DNA of 58,990 nt, filler included, from Sphacelaria rigidula (taxonomy: Eukaryota): assembly GCA_964200075.2 (NCBI GenBank). It is 8 parts of 8 records of this genome, joined end to end, with 100 filler letters (N's around TTAATTAATTAA, not from the genome) between each part and the next. Parts side by side here need not be neighbours in the genome. Positions count along the whole stretch, not along the records: positions 7,388 to 14,674 come from CAXNAA020015624.1; positions 14,775 to 22,061 come from CAXNAA020015625.1; positions 22,162 to 29,447 come from CAXNAA020015626.1; 5 more parts are not named here. One strand, given 5' to 3'. Made by a program: the position numbers and the translations under genes. The notes under the pieces were generated by a model. The model was not told the DNA's origin and searched no databases. It saw only the letters and a program-made list of their open reading frames with translations. Below, in pieces: positions 10,474-23,175 of the stretch (the first letter of the stretch is position 1; the number at the start of each line of letters is the position of its first letter).

Positions 10474-12879
10474 TAGCCCCAGCGGATTAAATGTGAGAAG
10501 AAACCTTCTGCACATTCGATATGTCGAACCACCTGCATGCGATAAAACTCGTTTTGGTACAACCCCAGGTCTCCGTTTTACGGTATACCCGGTGGTACCA
10601 ATATCCATGAGTTCACATCACGTGCCGCACTCGTGCAGGTCATTTGATCCGCGGCGAGGATCCGTGATTATCGGCATGCATTGGTAGATTATTCTGCCTG
10701 TTGTGTTCACCCGCCAACGGCAAATTCACCCTTCCAGGTTTTCGCTTACAGCACTTGTCGCCCACGGGGTCGCCCATGACAGCCCGGAACTTATCGGCGT
10801 ACTGTATTCTCGCCCATGCACACCGTTAATGAAGTCTTTTCAGGAGTTCAAGATGATCCTCGACAAAAATATTCGGAACCTCCCTGTCGTGGGCCACGGT
10901 ACGACACAGTGATGAGGAAAGTGCGCGAACGTTGTGCGAAAGAAATCCAACGGTTGCTACCCCTAGCGACAGCCGTGCTGGGCCTTGCCGCGACTCCCCG
11001 AAAGATTCGACGTACCTGGCATAAATTTATTGCATCACGGCGGACCGTTATGAGGGGTCCCGCCAACTCAACACGAGCGTCGAGATTCACGAAGTAGCGC
11101 CAAAACGGACATCATGAAGATATGTCAGCGTCTGTCACCGACGGTAAAGGCGGCGGCGTCAGCCCATTTCCATAACTCCGGCGCTGACCACCCAATCCCC
11201 AGAGAGAAGCAGGCCCTGGCGATCTTCCATCTATCCACCGAACAGGCAAGTTCCAATCAGTATGCTTCTTCCCTCGCTTTGCCGTAATATAAACCGAAGG
11301 CAATGGGTCCATACAACCTCGCTCTTCGGCGATCGTGGTTCCGCCTGATGCCGGCGCTGTCCTGTCTTTGTGTGTTCCAATACTAACAGGACACATCCGT
11401 TACCCGCGCCCCACCCTCGTGTCTCACCATGTGTTGGCGTCTTCCAGGCCACGAATGGCAAGCTGATTACTGTCATCGAGTATGTCAACATGGTCGAGTT
11501 CAGGTACCCCATGGGTGCGTCAACACTGAGTGGGGATTGCGCAAGTTCTCCGGTGCGCGGTGGGGAATTTTACACACTGGTGCAGCATTGGGACACCGGC
11601 TACTGCCATGCTTTTTCGAAACTATATATTCTGCAGCAGTGGGTTCGTGCCACGCCGGCAGGCTCTGCGCGCAACGTTGAAGGCCGCCCCGTTGCCGCCA
11701 AGCCTGAAGCGCCGCCTGCGAACAGGGGCGGCGGTGGTGCTTCGGGGGGCACTGATAGAATCGCGCTGGCGCGAAGGCAGCTCTGCTTGCGGTGAAGTTG
11801 ACCGAGGTGTCCTTCGGGAAGCTCACAGTCGGCCTGTTGAGGGACCACACCCAGGTGGTGGTGGGTAGCCTGAAGGTTCAGAGGAAGGCCCAAACAATAC
11901 GCCCATGAGCGCAGCTTCATCACCTGGTGCCGGGGATTGTTACTCCTGGGGAGGGCCGTGAAGTGTTGGAGAATTTCGACGACGTCCGGGCAGCATTGGC
12001 CTTGGAAGCCGTGGATGTCGACGTAGGTTCGCAACGGTAGGGGGAGCCCTATGTCTGGTGACTTGTATTTTGTATTCTCGAAAGTGTGAAGAGCACGGCG
12101 ATGTAAGGTTCACCCACGACAAATGTACGCATGGCCGCGCTTGATTCGCGTCTGTGGTTAGGGTTAGCGTGGTGTGCCTTGTTTTCTGACGTGTCGCTAA
12201 AGTAGTGTGTCTGTGAACTTTTGGTGATAGCTGTGTGTGTAGGGCATGCGTGTGGGATACACCGTGGCCACTAGGGGTAACTCATACGTTTCAGAAGTGG
12301 CACGACAGCCACCGGATATCTATCTCGGCTGCCAAAATCTCGGAGCATGTCGCACTTGTTACGGTAGATGTTTAAGTGGCGAGCTGTCCTGCGCAAGAAA
12401 TTACCAAGGAATCGGGGATGGTTTGGATAAGTTGTGCATAATAACCCCCACGTGTTTCATATTGGGGCATTTGAAGATGAGCGTTTATCCTCAAGACGGA
12501 TATTGCACGCACGGTACATCGTGTGAAACAGCGTCGGTTCTACTTTAATCAGTTTCTTCCTCATCGTTTTTTCCGCGCTTTCCAACAGGTTTTCCTCGCC
12601 TGCGACCGCCTACCATAGTGCACGATTCCTCCTAAAGACTGAGAATCAGGGTATATTTGCGCAACATACCGTCATGAGGATCATCGATGTACAATATCGG
12701 ACGATCAATGGGCTGACCGGCCCTCGGGCGTCCTGCGACTATGCAGCCCCGGCTTTTCACATTTTGGCGTTTTCGTTCGATTTCAAGAATCCCGATCATT
12801 CTCGTGGAGCAAATACTGGGCATTGTTACTATAGTCTACTGTTCGTCGCTCAATAGCCAGGAAATCGTGTCTATGGGAC

Positions 12880-14010
12880 CACTGATGGTCGATAAAACCC
12901 ACCTTATACGCGGCATTCGTACTCCATATCACCACGATAAGACGGGGCGAAGGGTAAAGTCCCGAGCACCACTTGCGTAATTTTCAATAATCTGTCAACG
13001 CCAGAACTTTCGAGTGTCAGGGATGAATGCCACGGTATATAATTCAGGAAAATACCCGAAGGTGATATTTTCCGAACCGAGTTCCGTGCAGCTCAGGGGT
13101 CGTGAATCAATCCTGATCACTCTGTTGACAAATATTGAGTGATGCTACGGTTGGGGTGCACGAATATTTCTGAGCTTAGAATTGTTCGCAGTTATGAAAT
13201 ATGTGAGAGCACGCCAGGATTACTATTTCAATGTGCTAGGAACATCCCGAATGAAATTTGCAAGCGGGGATACCCCGACCCATATTCTTGTGCATCTAGA
13301 ATGGTTAGGAGCCCCTGAACCAGACAAGATTTTGCGAAAAAGGTGCACCCCTACCGTAGCATTGCTCTGTTACAGACTCTTGTAATTTTCTGTAGCTGTT
13401 TATTGCGCGAGATCTGAAAATAAGTAAGTGTCGCTGATGAAAAATGGCCGAAAACACCCCTGTAGTTATACGGAATTAAGCGTTTCAGTTCCTGTTTAGG
13501 CAACTTTTTCTCGTGGAATATTTTTCGGCTACATGTGACAAAATGGCATCAATTATCTCCACATTGAGTGTTACCTTTCCGATCAAACCGGGGCACTTCC
13601 GAATACATACAGATCTGTGCCCAAAATCTGTACGGATTCGGGATTGTCCAGGGTTCCACATGAGCCTGGCATGCCAAAAATCAACGTCCAGAGAATCGGA
13701 GATTCGATATCGTCTTCTTACAGCTAGCCGCAAAGCATTGCCCGTAGTAATTAAGTCCTTGAAATCAAACCACGGGAGAAAATCGCCTGCAGACGGTCTG
13801 AAATTATCACGTCTGTACGAATACAGATAAGTTCCCATGAAAAAATGGTTCAAGCCCTGCAACAGTAAGCGGAAATATTTCATTTTGTTTCGGGATGTGG
13901 AACGGGCGCATAGTATCTGCCCATCCCCACACCTTGAGGTCGAGCGTTCAGTGCGATGAACAACGACACGCTAGGAAAGCTGTTGAAGATCATCGAGTCC
14001 GACAATACGC
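12880..14010 (+). pseudogene. Highly decayed hAT-type transposase relic
   Basis: Motif remnants in the expected order across frameshifts: LMVDKT (12882), SV..GRES (about 13085-13110), VGVH (13150), SR-WL (about 13295), and LPIPT-EVER-FSAMN..DTLGKLLKI (13918-13995; resembles the hAT C-terminal dimerisation domain). Confidence 0.5.
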
Positions 14011-15292
14011 CATAAATATCCTGATTTAGACGGTAATGAGTGCACGAGCTGGGCCAGCCTGAAAACGGATCTAAGCTCTCACAGTTCTCGCGCGCAAGAT
14101 CTTCACATCCAAGTTTATTGTGTGAAATGGCTATTGCTTTTAAGCATACACAACGCCTTGAGTAAGCGGCGAATACAAACAATCTTGATTTTTCTTCTTG
14201 GCGTAACGCTACATACGTGCGGAGATGGAATGTAACTCAAGTTTATTCTGAACTACTATCGGCGCGTATAGCGAGTGATGACTGTTGGCGTCATTTTTTC
14301 CCTGCAGCACGAGCGAAGGATCGATACCCGCGCCTGCACCTAACTCCTTTACCCTCCTCGGGATATGGCAATTTGGCTCAACATCTCACGTGCACGCACA
14401 CAACACGTACTAAATTTACTTTCGAGTGTCAGAAAACTGGCGGTGCTTTCAACTCTGGCAGGGGATGTTGGAGGCAATACATAAAGGGAGGGTTGAGGGG
14501 CATGGGAATTTGAGTGAAGGATAGCCCCGTGATAAATGCGCATAGCGTTTCTCACTCAAATCAGTTTCCCTGCTTGTCAAAAATTCTTTGGGCGAATCGC
14601 AAGGAACAGTGTTTTCGTGAGATTGAGAGTAGACGATACGATTGAGAGTGAAAAGCGGTCAATCAGTGAATGAANNNNNNNNNNNNNNNNNNNNNNNNNN
14701 NNNNNNNNNNNNNNNNNNTTAATTAATTAANNNNNNNNNNNNNNNNNNNNNNNNNNNNNNNNNNNNNNNNNNNNCGGGGAAAGCACTGTTTTCGAGTTGA
14801 GACCCATTAAAATGTTGAACCTCAATAACGAATCCAGGCTGCTGTTATAGGATACTCGCCGTTGAAAGGCGAATTTGCCCTTTGTGCACAGCCGCTCGGA
14901 ACAAAGCAGCGCCTGGGGGCACGCAACTCAAGTGCATCACAACTTGCTTGCGGCAGGGAAAGTTGTATGCGCACCGATATTTTTTAATTTGCCATCTTCG
15001 ACTTCGAAAGACGCTGCTACTGATCCTCAACCCAAAAGTGCCGATCGCGCACCGCTTACAACTCGGCAACGAAGCGAGGGATTGGAGTGCGGTTTCTTGC
15101 GTGCGCTTCCCACATACCCAACCTATGTCGCTACGATTGGTTTTTGCGGTTGCGCGCGATGCTGACTCGCAAGTGACCTAAATATACTAAAATACAATAT
15201 TTTCTGCTCTGGGAGGGGATTTTCGTGCCGCTGGCGCGACGTCAGCAAGGTACCAAACGTGGGCTCCTGGATCTTGTGTGTATGCGGGGGGC

Positions 15293-15780
15293 TGTCAAGT
15301 GCCGTGGACCGGCTTGCTTCCCGTGTCGAGAACCGCGCGATCTCCAGTGCTACAGCTTTCCCATACTACACCGACTGAATAAGTGATGAAGTGTGTGTTC
15401 TGTTCGTGAGGGCCTCGGTACAGGTCCGATCACCTACTGACGTGTTCATTACTCCTTCGCGTTATTTCTTATTTTATATCTTGTGCCGAATTTTGGTCGT
15501 CAGGGCCCCCATTCCTACCCATAACAGTATACATGCAATATGTAGATATGCGGTGGATCCTGAATTTGGTTAGAGGGTGACTATTGGATGCGAAACATAT
15601 CGTGTTCGTGAGGAAAGCCCATGAAGCTTACTTCCGGTTTAATGAAGACAACTGTTTGTATAACTGCTCTGACTTGAAGTCTCTGAAGCCCTGCTGGGGA
15701 GGAAGCCTTTGGAGCAAGCACTTAGATCTTGTTCCGATTCCAGACAAGTCTACAATAAACGTTTACTCAAGAAACTTGTG
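15293..15780 (+). repeat. Probable 5' LTR of the Ty3/Gypsy element (boundaries approximate)
   Basis: Starts TGTCAAG, is non-coding, contains AATAAA near 15755 and directly precedes the gag remnants. No second LTR in the contig to confirm it. Confidence 0.4.
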
Positions 15781-15881
15781 GTTTCTGAACGGCGTCGCTG
15801 AACCATAAAAAACGCGCGGACGCTCGTCGAATAACCCGGGGGTAGTGCGACGGAGCACAGAGTGCAGGGCGCGTTTGAAAG

Positions 15882-18255
15882 ATGGCGCAAACGAAAGTGA
15901 GCAAGGAGTCTAACTCTGACAAGGAGGGGGACGACGAAGAGGTGAAGTTCAATGTGACGGATTTGATTGCGGGGGGATCGCTCAAGGCGCCGAGTATGGG
16001 CGCTTGTTCAGTTAGCAAGCATCGCGACGGTTTCTGCAGAAATATCAGGAGTACGAACAAGCTGTTCTGCGACGAAACAAGACTCGAACTGTAAAGAGGG
16101 CACTCTTAACCATGAAAGAGCTAGTGCCTCGGCATGTACAAGATTGTTTGTTGGACACTGTTTTTTATGGCACTGAGATCTCTAACGCCCGGATTAGGGA
16201 AGGGATCGCACGGCATGCGAAATGCTGGGTAGGAATGGAAATGGATCCACTGAGGCCGCAGCCGGTGTAAAAAAGGCACTTGCTGCACGATCCGATTCAA
16301 CTGCCATGCGTCGAGTGGAAGGACAGAGGGGTGCCTTGCAAGAATATTTCAAGGAAAATAAGGGTGCAGAGCGTGTTTTCCGCGAAATGGACCGTACCTA
16401 TAAACCAGGCCCGGCACACATAATCACTAAAGCCATGATTGCCGGCCTGACCCCTCCGGAATTCAAAACTAAAGTCCAAAACAAACTGCAAATGACGGGG
16501 GGGTGGAAAGAGCAACCGAAACTTGTATACGATGTCGCTCGTGAGGTGGCGGAACTGTGGTGAACTGCCGAGGAGGTTGATAAGCAGCCCAGATCCGCTC
16601 CACAGAACAAGGAGGTGGGTTCGCAAGGACAGAAGAAACTGTCGACGGCAGCTAGCGGGTCGAAATCCAGAAAATCTCGCAGACCCAGCCCTGATTACGC
16701 AGGATGCTTCGAGTGTGGGGACAAAGGTCATTTTAGGAAAGACTGTAAGAACAAAAACAAGCCTGCAGCTACCGGAGGTGGGGATGGCGGACACGTAAAG
16801 CCGTAGCAACAACAACAGCAAAGGGCGCAAGCTCCGCGGGGCGGGAGCCAGGGTCCTACCCCTACCCGGGCTGTTTTTCCAGAGGATGGTCGTCAAAGGG
16901 GCACCAACGGTGCTGATCGTACGTTGCAGCCCGTGCCGACTGTTCCGGCTTCTACAGTACAGCCTCCGCCGTCGACAGAAACAGTTCAGCAATGGACATC
17001 GGCGGCAGTGCCGGCGTGGCGGGGCTTACACACTGCTTGCGAGGTGGCAGAGCTGGAGGCCGAGGGTTTGGACGTGGAGAATAGGCAGCAATGCTGCCGA
17101 GCTGATCTGTCTGTCCCAGGTTCCGCCGTACAGACAGTCTGTCCGGTCAAGGCTGTGTTGGACTCTGGAGCTAGAATAACCATTGTGTCTGAACGCGTGG
17201 CGACCCAGTCGGAAAACGCATTTCCTGGAGTATCAATTGTCACATCAATGGCAGGTGGACATCCGGGAAGGCTGGCTGACGGCAACGTAAAAAACATGCA
17301 CTCCAAAACGTGTCTGGTTCGTACGGCACTCCACACGAGCTGGGGGCCGGTGGTGCTTGAGCCCTGCCGGTATGCGATTATGCCCGGCGCTGATGATGTG
17401 GTTATTATCGGGAGCAAAATTCTGGCGAGAATCGGCATCAATATCTACAATGACCGGGGCGCATGCGCGCAAGCAGAACACCCTTTTTCGCGGGGTATCG
17501 AGACGCCTGAGTTCCGCGAGTGCGTGTGAGTCTCGCGGTGGGGGAGCTCCAAGAGACGACCGGTCGCGAGGAACCGGTGGATTCATCTGCCGGGCGATTG
17601 GTGTCACGGGGTCCGGATATGTTTATGCCACCAGAGCAAGAGCTTGTTGAGCGCAAAGTGGCGCTTGAGGAGGCGGTGCAAGCTGCGGCGGATATTGGCA
17701 TGTCGGAGAACGGGGTGAGCAAGCTCCCGAGAAATTGTTGGCCGTCGGACCAATGATTTTCGATGAGCGTTGCGAGGTGACCCACCTGCTCGCGTGGAGC
17801 CGTTGCAGGTACGCTACAAACTGGGGGCTAAAGCAGTCAAGGCGAGCCCGAGAACATACTCTCCAGTGAAGAAGAGCTGGTTAACAGGGTGCATGACTAC
17901 GCTGGTGGTGCTGGGGTTGGTATTCCGCAATATCCAGGCGGTGTGGGCAGGCGCAGCTATGGCTGCGCCCAAGAAGGGCAGCTATCGTCTGGTAAGTGAT
18001 TACAGAGCAATCAACAGGCAGCTCGAGAAGATTCCCAGTGTTATGCCGAACCATGAGACGGAAATGGCCGATTTGTGGGGTTCATCGTGTTTTGGGAAGC
18101 TTGACATGCTACAGGGGTACAGGCAGATGCCGCTAGCGGCTGAAGCCCGGAACATTTTCACCATTGTGACTCCCGACGGACTTTTCACCCCCACGAGGGT
18201 GCCGCAAGGCATACTTAACGCTACCGGATATTTTCAACAAATGATGATGGGACTC
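15882..18255 (+). mobile_element. Ty3/Gypsy retrotransposon 1: degenerate gag, protease and N-terminal half of RT
   Basis: CCHC knuckle CFECGDKGHFRKDC (16705), protease AVLDSGA (about 17152), RT YRLVSDYRAIN, KLDMLQGY, PQGILNATGYFQ. Multiple stops; truncated before YxDD. Confidence 0.92.
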
Positions 18256-21200
18256 CTTCAAACTGACTTGATCCGCCCCTGTAAGGATACATGTCAATGT
18301 TGTGGCATTTGGTTTCATGACCATACTGGGTATACCGCGACCGATTGCGTACCCATATATTTGATGCGCACCTGTGAGAAGCTTTTCACAAACGCGTTCG
18401 GTGTGCTCAAATTATTTCCTTTGAAACAAATCCTCACAATACAGGCGTATGCGTTAAAACCGTCGCCCTCAACATCGCGATTCGCGCGGTTCAAACAACC
18501 ACCCCCGATTTGATATTGTGAACACGGTAGAGATCACAGCAATCTCAACCCACAGTGCAATCAGTCGTATTTTTAGGCTCGGGCGCAAAGGCTTTCGGCC
18601 CAAGCTTACCCATATCTCATTCTGACGCCTTTCACCCGTATGCACAGGATCATTCACAAGATGGCACACGCCCCCTTGTGATTGGACCTCGCACAACGGT
18701 TGAGCCCCGCCAGATTGATTTCTGTCCCTCCACTGATGCTACACGCGCCACTTGACAATGTTTTGGGAATTACCAACCCCGCGTTTTGAAATAAGCATAC
18801 AGTAGGGCGATTCAGAGTGTACCACTGCCTCAAAATTAGGCCGTCGTTCTCTGCCCATTTTGAATACACTTCGCGTTCATTCCTAAATGTCTGCCACAGG
18901 ACCACATTAGGGCACTAACGATTGGAAGTCTCCCCCCCCCCCTTTTTCTTTCGCTCGGCCAGTAGATACACATCACAGAACAGAATCAATGTCGTACGGC
19001 ACAGGTTCAGGTTTGTGGTGCGGGTACACTAGGCTCGATTAGACTATCATGATACGTTCCATGGCAACAGAATCCCGTGCATCGTTGCATGACTCCCAAT
19101 TGCGCAATGACCAACCCCAGTGTTTTGAATCTAGAGCTGACTACCTAGTTTTACCTCCAAGTGGTATGATTCAGAGCCAGTTGGGTAATTTCTCCTTGCG
19201 GGATCGGCAGTCATGTAGTGTAACATCTCCCGCCCCTGAAGCAGGTACATCTTTTGTCACGGTAGCTGTTACACCTTCGACAGTTCATCGTAGGATAAAA
19301 AAATCAAGGCCACACACCAGCCCCCTACCAGGCTTAGGTGCCAAGTCGACCCCTGTTACACCCACGAACGACATGACGTCGGTGCCCGGTCCCCTTTTAT
19401 TTGGCGAGCGTCATTATTCTAGCACTGAGCGCAACCGTGTCGAACCCGGCTTTCCGTCGCTCAGCGGGTTGGGAAGGAGCCCCAAGCACAGCGCCAGTGG
19501 AGCGCCACAAGCGTGACCGAGGGCGGACTGTCCTTGACCAATTCCCAATAGCCCCTGGACCAGCCGAACCTTTGGTGCACTCTACGCATCACCCTCGGCG
19601 GGCTCCTCCGGATGACCCTGTAGATATCCCTGATGACACAGTTGCACCCGTCCACCGAAGTCGTGAACGGGTGTGGATTTCATTGAATGAAGGTGATACT
19701 GGCGACCAGGCCCGTGTTTCCCACATTTCGAACAGATCAACACTGCTCCCTGCCGACCCCTCACATACTATGTTAGAACCCACCACTAAAATAGCGTTGT
19801 CATCTCTTGGATCAGATACCTCGCTGCTGATTGGGTGTTCGCCTCCTTGTCATGAAAAAAACCCGTCTGAGGCTTCATAAGAAAAATATAGCGTAGTGAC
19901 CGACGAGCCGTCCACACCTGACCGCTCGTCCCCTGTTCTACCAATGTTGCCCCCAACTAACACGGGTAGCGAGTTGACTTGAGTGTAGCCAAATCGCCTT
20001 CACCCTTTGCCGAAACGTCCCCTCGCCGAAACGTCCCCTTGTTTGCCCGTACGAGATGCTGTACCCTTGCCAGCTTCGCAAACTGACGCTTCGCTACTTG
20101 TTTCGGCCGACCAAGGTATCTCGAACCAAACGCAGCAGTTGTCGCGGCCAGCTACGTACAGTTGTCGCGGCCAGCCGCGACAACTGCCCGTCCCAGGCAT
20201 CGTCCATCCATACAGTATACGAAACTCAACACTCGACAGATTCCCCAATACTGCAATAGAGACTCCGTGCCCCAACCCACCTTCGGACAGAAATCTTGCT
20301 CCGAAGGATCATCAGCGTGTGTATTTCAGCGCAGTCGCTCACAATCACAAGCACGGTTTGTTCACAGATTTCTTGCCAGAATCTGGATTGTCACTATTCA
20401 GCAGAACTGCAATCATGGATGATGCCTCCCTTCACAACGAAAATAGTACGTCAGCTAACCACCAACTTGTGATGGACCCGCAATCTAAAGAACGGACGGC
20501 GTGTTGTACACCGTCAGGCTTACGAATGGCTGGTAACACCACAAGGTGCCGCCAGCGCCCCTGAGGCGTTTTAACGTGTGATGTTTTTGTGAGTGATGGA
20601 TTCTCCAAGTGCCATGTGTACCCCGACGATGCGGTATTACACGGTAGCACACTTCCGAACATGCCGAGCACTTGGCGTCTTTCTTCCCTCGCTTCGAGCA
20701 GCACAACTTAAAACTTGCCCCGTCCAAATCCCGCGTTTGGAGCGACCAGCATCGAATTCCTAAGCCACTGTATCCCTCCTGATGGTCATTGTCCAAACCT
20801 CAACAAGGTTGCCGCACTTACAGATATGGCCATTCCGCGGGATACATCTCAACTGCGCTCCTTGCTCGGCGGTTTGAGCTGCTACCGACAGTATTTGCCG
20901 AACCTAGCTCAAATCTTCGAACCTCTCACCTCCCTTCTCAAGAAAATCAGGAGTGCAATTCGCGTTTACGTCGGAAATGAAGAAAACAGTACGTCAACTG
21001 CTTGACACACTTTCGCGACCACCAATCTTGATTTTCCTACACTGGTCGGCCGCTGAAAATGGTTCACGTTCGTTCCGACTTTATACGGATTCCTTCAAAT
21101 TTGTCACGTTGGAGAAGGAATAACCAGATGCTAAAAATCGCCTCAATGTATATTGGAGTCGAATCACCTACCCAAACGAACAAAACTGGTTGGTCATGGA

Positions 21201-22000
21201 GCAAGAGGGCCGGCGCGATTGTTTGGGGAGTGAGACGTCTCCGTCAGTTCTTGTTTGACATTTCGTTCGTGATTTATACAGATCATAAGTCTTCGGAAAA
21301 CCTCGCAAAAATGGCGGAATACAACGCCCGGGTTCAACGCTGGTATGAAATCCTGTCTTCTTACAACTTCACGCTGAAGTATCGAACAGGACCTCAAAAC
21401 GCAAACGCTGGTTTTCTGTCTCGCTTGCCCATCCCGGTCCAACCCATCGACAGCTCCGCCTTGGGACGTATCACGGATCCCACCGAAGACATTGTATTTT
21501 TCATTAGCAGAACCGGTCACAGCGGAATCTACACACCGTTCTCACTAAACAACAACTCGTCACTTGGCATGAATGGGCTGACGACTACAGCTCACGCTTC
21601 TGTACAAGGCAGTATGCCACCACAATCGTTGTGCTCAGTTTGGAGTGGAGCTAGTACAAACCCGAGCGGGTATGATCATTTCGGTGCAACTGGTCATCGT
21701 ATGGTTTGTGCTGCAGACATAGAACCGTCTTGTGCTGACTTCGTCCTCCCCGTTCAAGTGCGAAATCTTATCTCGAGTAGAACCTGGGGACGGCGGGCCG
21801 CCGAAACGACCGCCACCCTAGCGGCCTCTGGCCCGGACCTTCCCATTCCAAGCCCCATCCCGGTGCCCGATCCTTTCCCAGCCCGCCCTCAACCACCGCG
21901 GCGCAAGGCCCCCACACGATCGACTTCATCCACGGCACCCCTTCCTCCCATAACCGAGGCCTCGGCTTTGTCCCCCTTCCCCGGAGTGATGCTACGGTAG
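18256..22000 (+). mobile_element. Ty3/Gypsy retrotransposon 2: degenerate RT-RNase H, preceded by probable gag/protease remnants and a long linker
   Basis: KERTACCTPSGL, PQGAASAPEAF, VYPDD (20616-20630), IEFLSH, QLRSLLGGLSCYRQY, IYTDHKS, ARVQRW, YRTGPQNANAGFLSR. Integrase not seen before the contig end. Confidence 0.88.
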
Positions 22001-23175
22001 GGGTAGAGAAATAATTTCTGATATTAGAATTGTTAGGAGCCCCTCATCTCATCCAAAACACNNNNNNNNNNNNNNNNNNNNNNNNNNNNNNNNNNNNNNN
22101 NNNNNTTAATTAATTAANNNNNNNNNNNNNNNNNNNNNNNNNNNNNNNNNNNNNNNNNNNNAAGCTTGTTCGAACAACCGTTGCTGCTTTCAACGACAAC
22201 ATGACTCGAAATTTCGAGCAACAAATGGCCCAAAACACCCCCCCTCCTATGGTAGGATGACTCAGTCGATTTTCAGAAATCTTGCGCCCGTGATGACAGC
22301 GCTATGGCACAAAAAGACGGAATACCAGGAAAAAATCATATAACCAATACCATGAAAAAAGCGGCGTTCCGAAGTGCGTGATCACGCACACGTCAGCGAA
22401 GAATAATGATTCACAGATTGTACATGCGACTCGAAAGAACAAATGGAAAAGGGGGAAAATCGTCGGGCACATGGTACCTGGGCCATCGGAAGCAAAGAGA
22501 TGCCAAGATAGCGAACCTACATGGAGCGGCATAATGATCCAGTTAGGACAGGGCAAGGCAAGGGCAGATGACACGAGGCGAGGTCAGGTACGGTAAGACG
22601 CCGCGGCAAGGCCAAAGGATGGTAGGACCGCAAAGAACGAGCTTGCGATTCGAGGCTACAAAAAAGGAAAGGTGGACAATAAAAGAGATCAGAACAGGAT
22701 ACGGCAACAGATTAAAACAAAAACACTGACACAAACCAAACCACGAACAGGACAACAGAAAATACAATAAAAAGGGATGAAAAGAAAGGTGCGGTTTGTC
22801 AGTCGGCCAAGAATTTCGCCAAGCGCTCTACCCCCCCCCCATCTTCGTTTCTTCTCTTGCAGTGGCGCAGGGGAGCTCCCCCTCGCTTTCCGATTTGAGA
22901 TTTTTTCCCTCTCGCCCCCTTCGCCGTTACTTCTTTTTCGGTCCGCAGCAGCTCCGTATTCCTTATTCGTCTATTGATTTATTTTCTGCTCTCTTCAAAC
23001 GGCGCTTCGATGATACTTCCTGTTCACGTCGGTGTCATTTCATCATGAACCATTTCACTCATTTCCCCACCTTGCCGTACCATTCATTCGGTCCCTTAGC
23101 GCTCGTTTTCCACGTCTCCTACTCCTTCTCTTTTTTCATATCGAAGAGCACAAGGTGCTGTTCTAGGGAATGCAT

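Noticed and set aside
12156-12167. Telomeric repeat GGTTAGGGTTAG
   Set aside because: Only about two units at an internal position; compatible with chance.
13880-14182. LDPFSGW in a minus-strand ORF as a DNA methyltransferase motif I
   Set aside because: It overlaps the reverse complement of the MITE TIR starting at 14045, and no other methyltransferase motifs are present.
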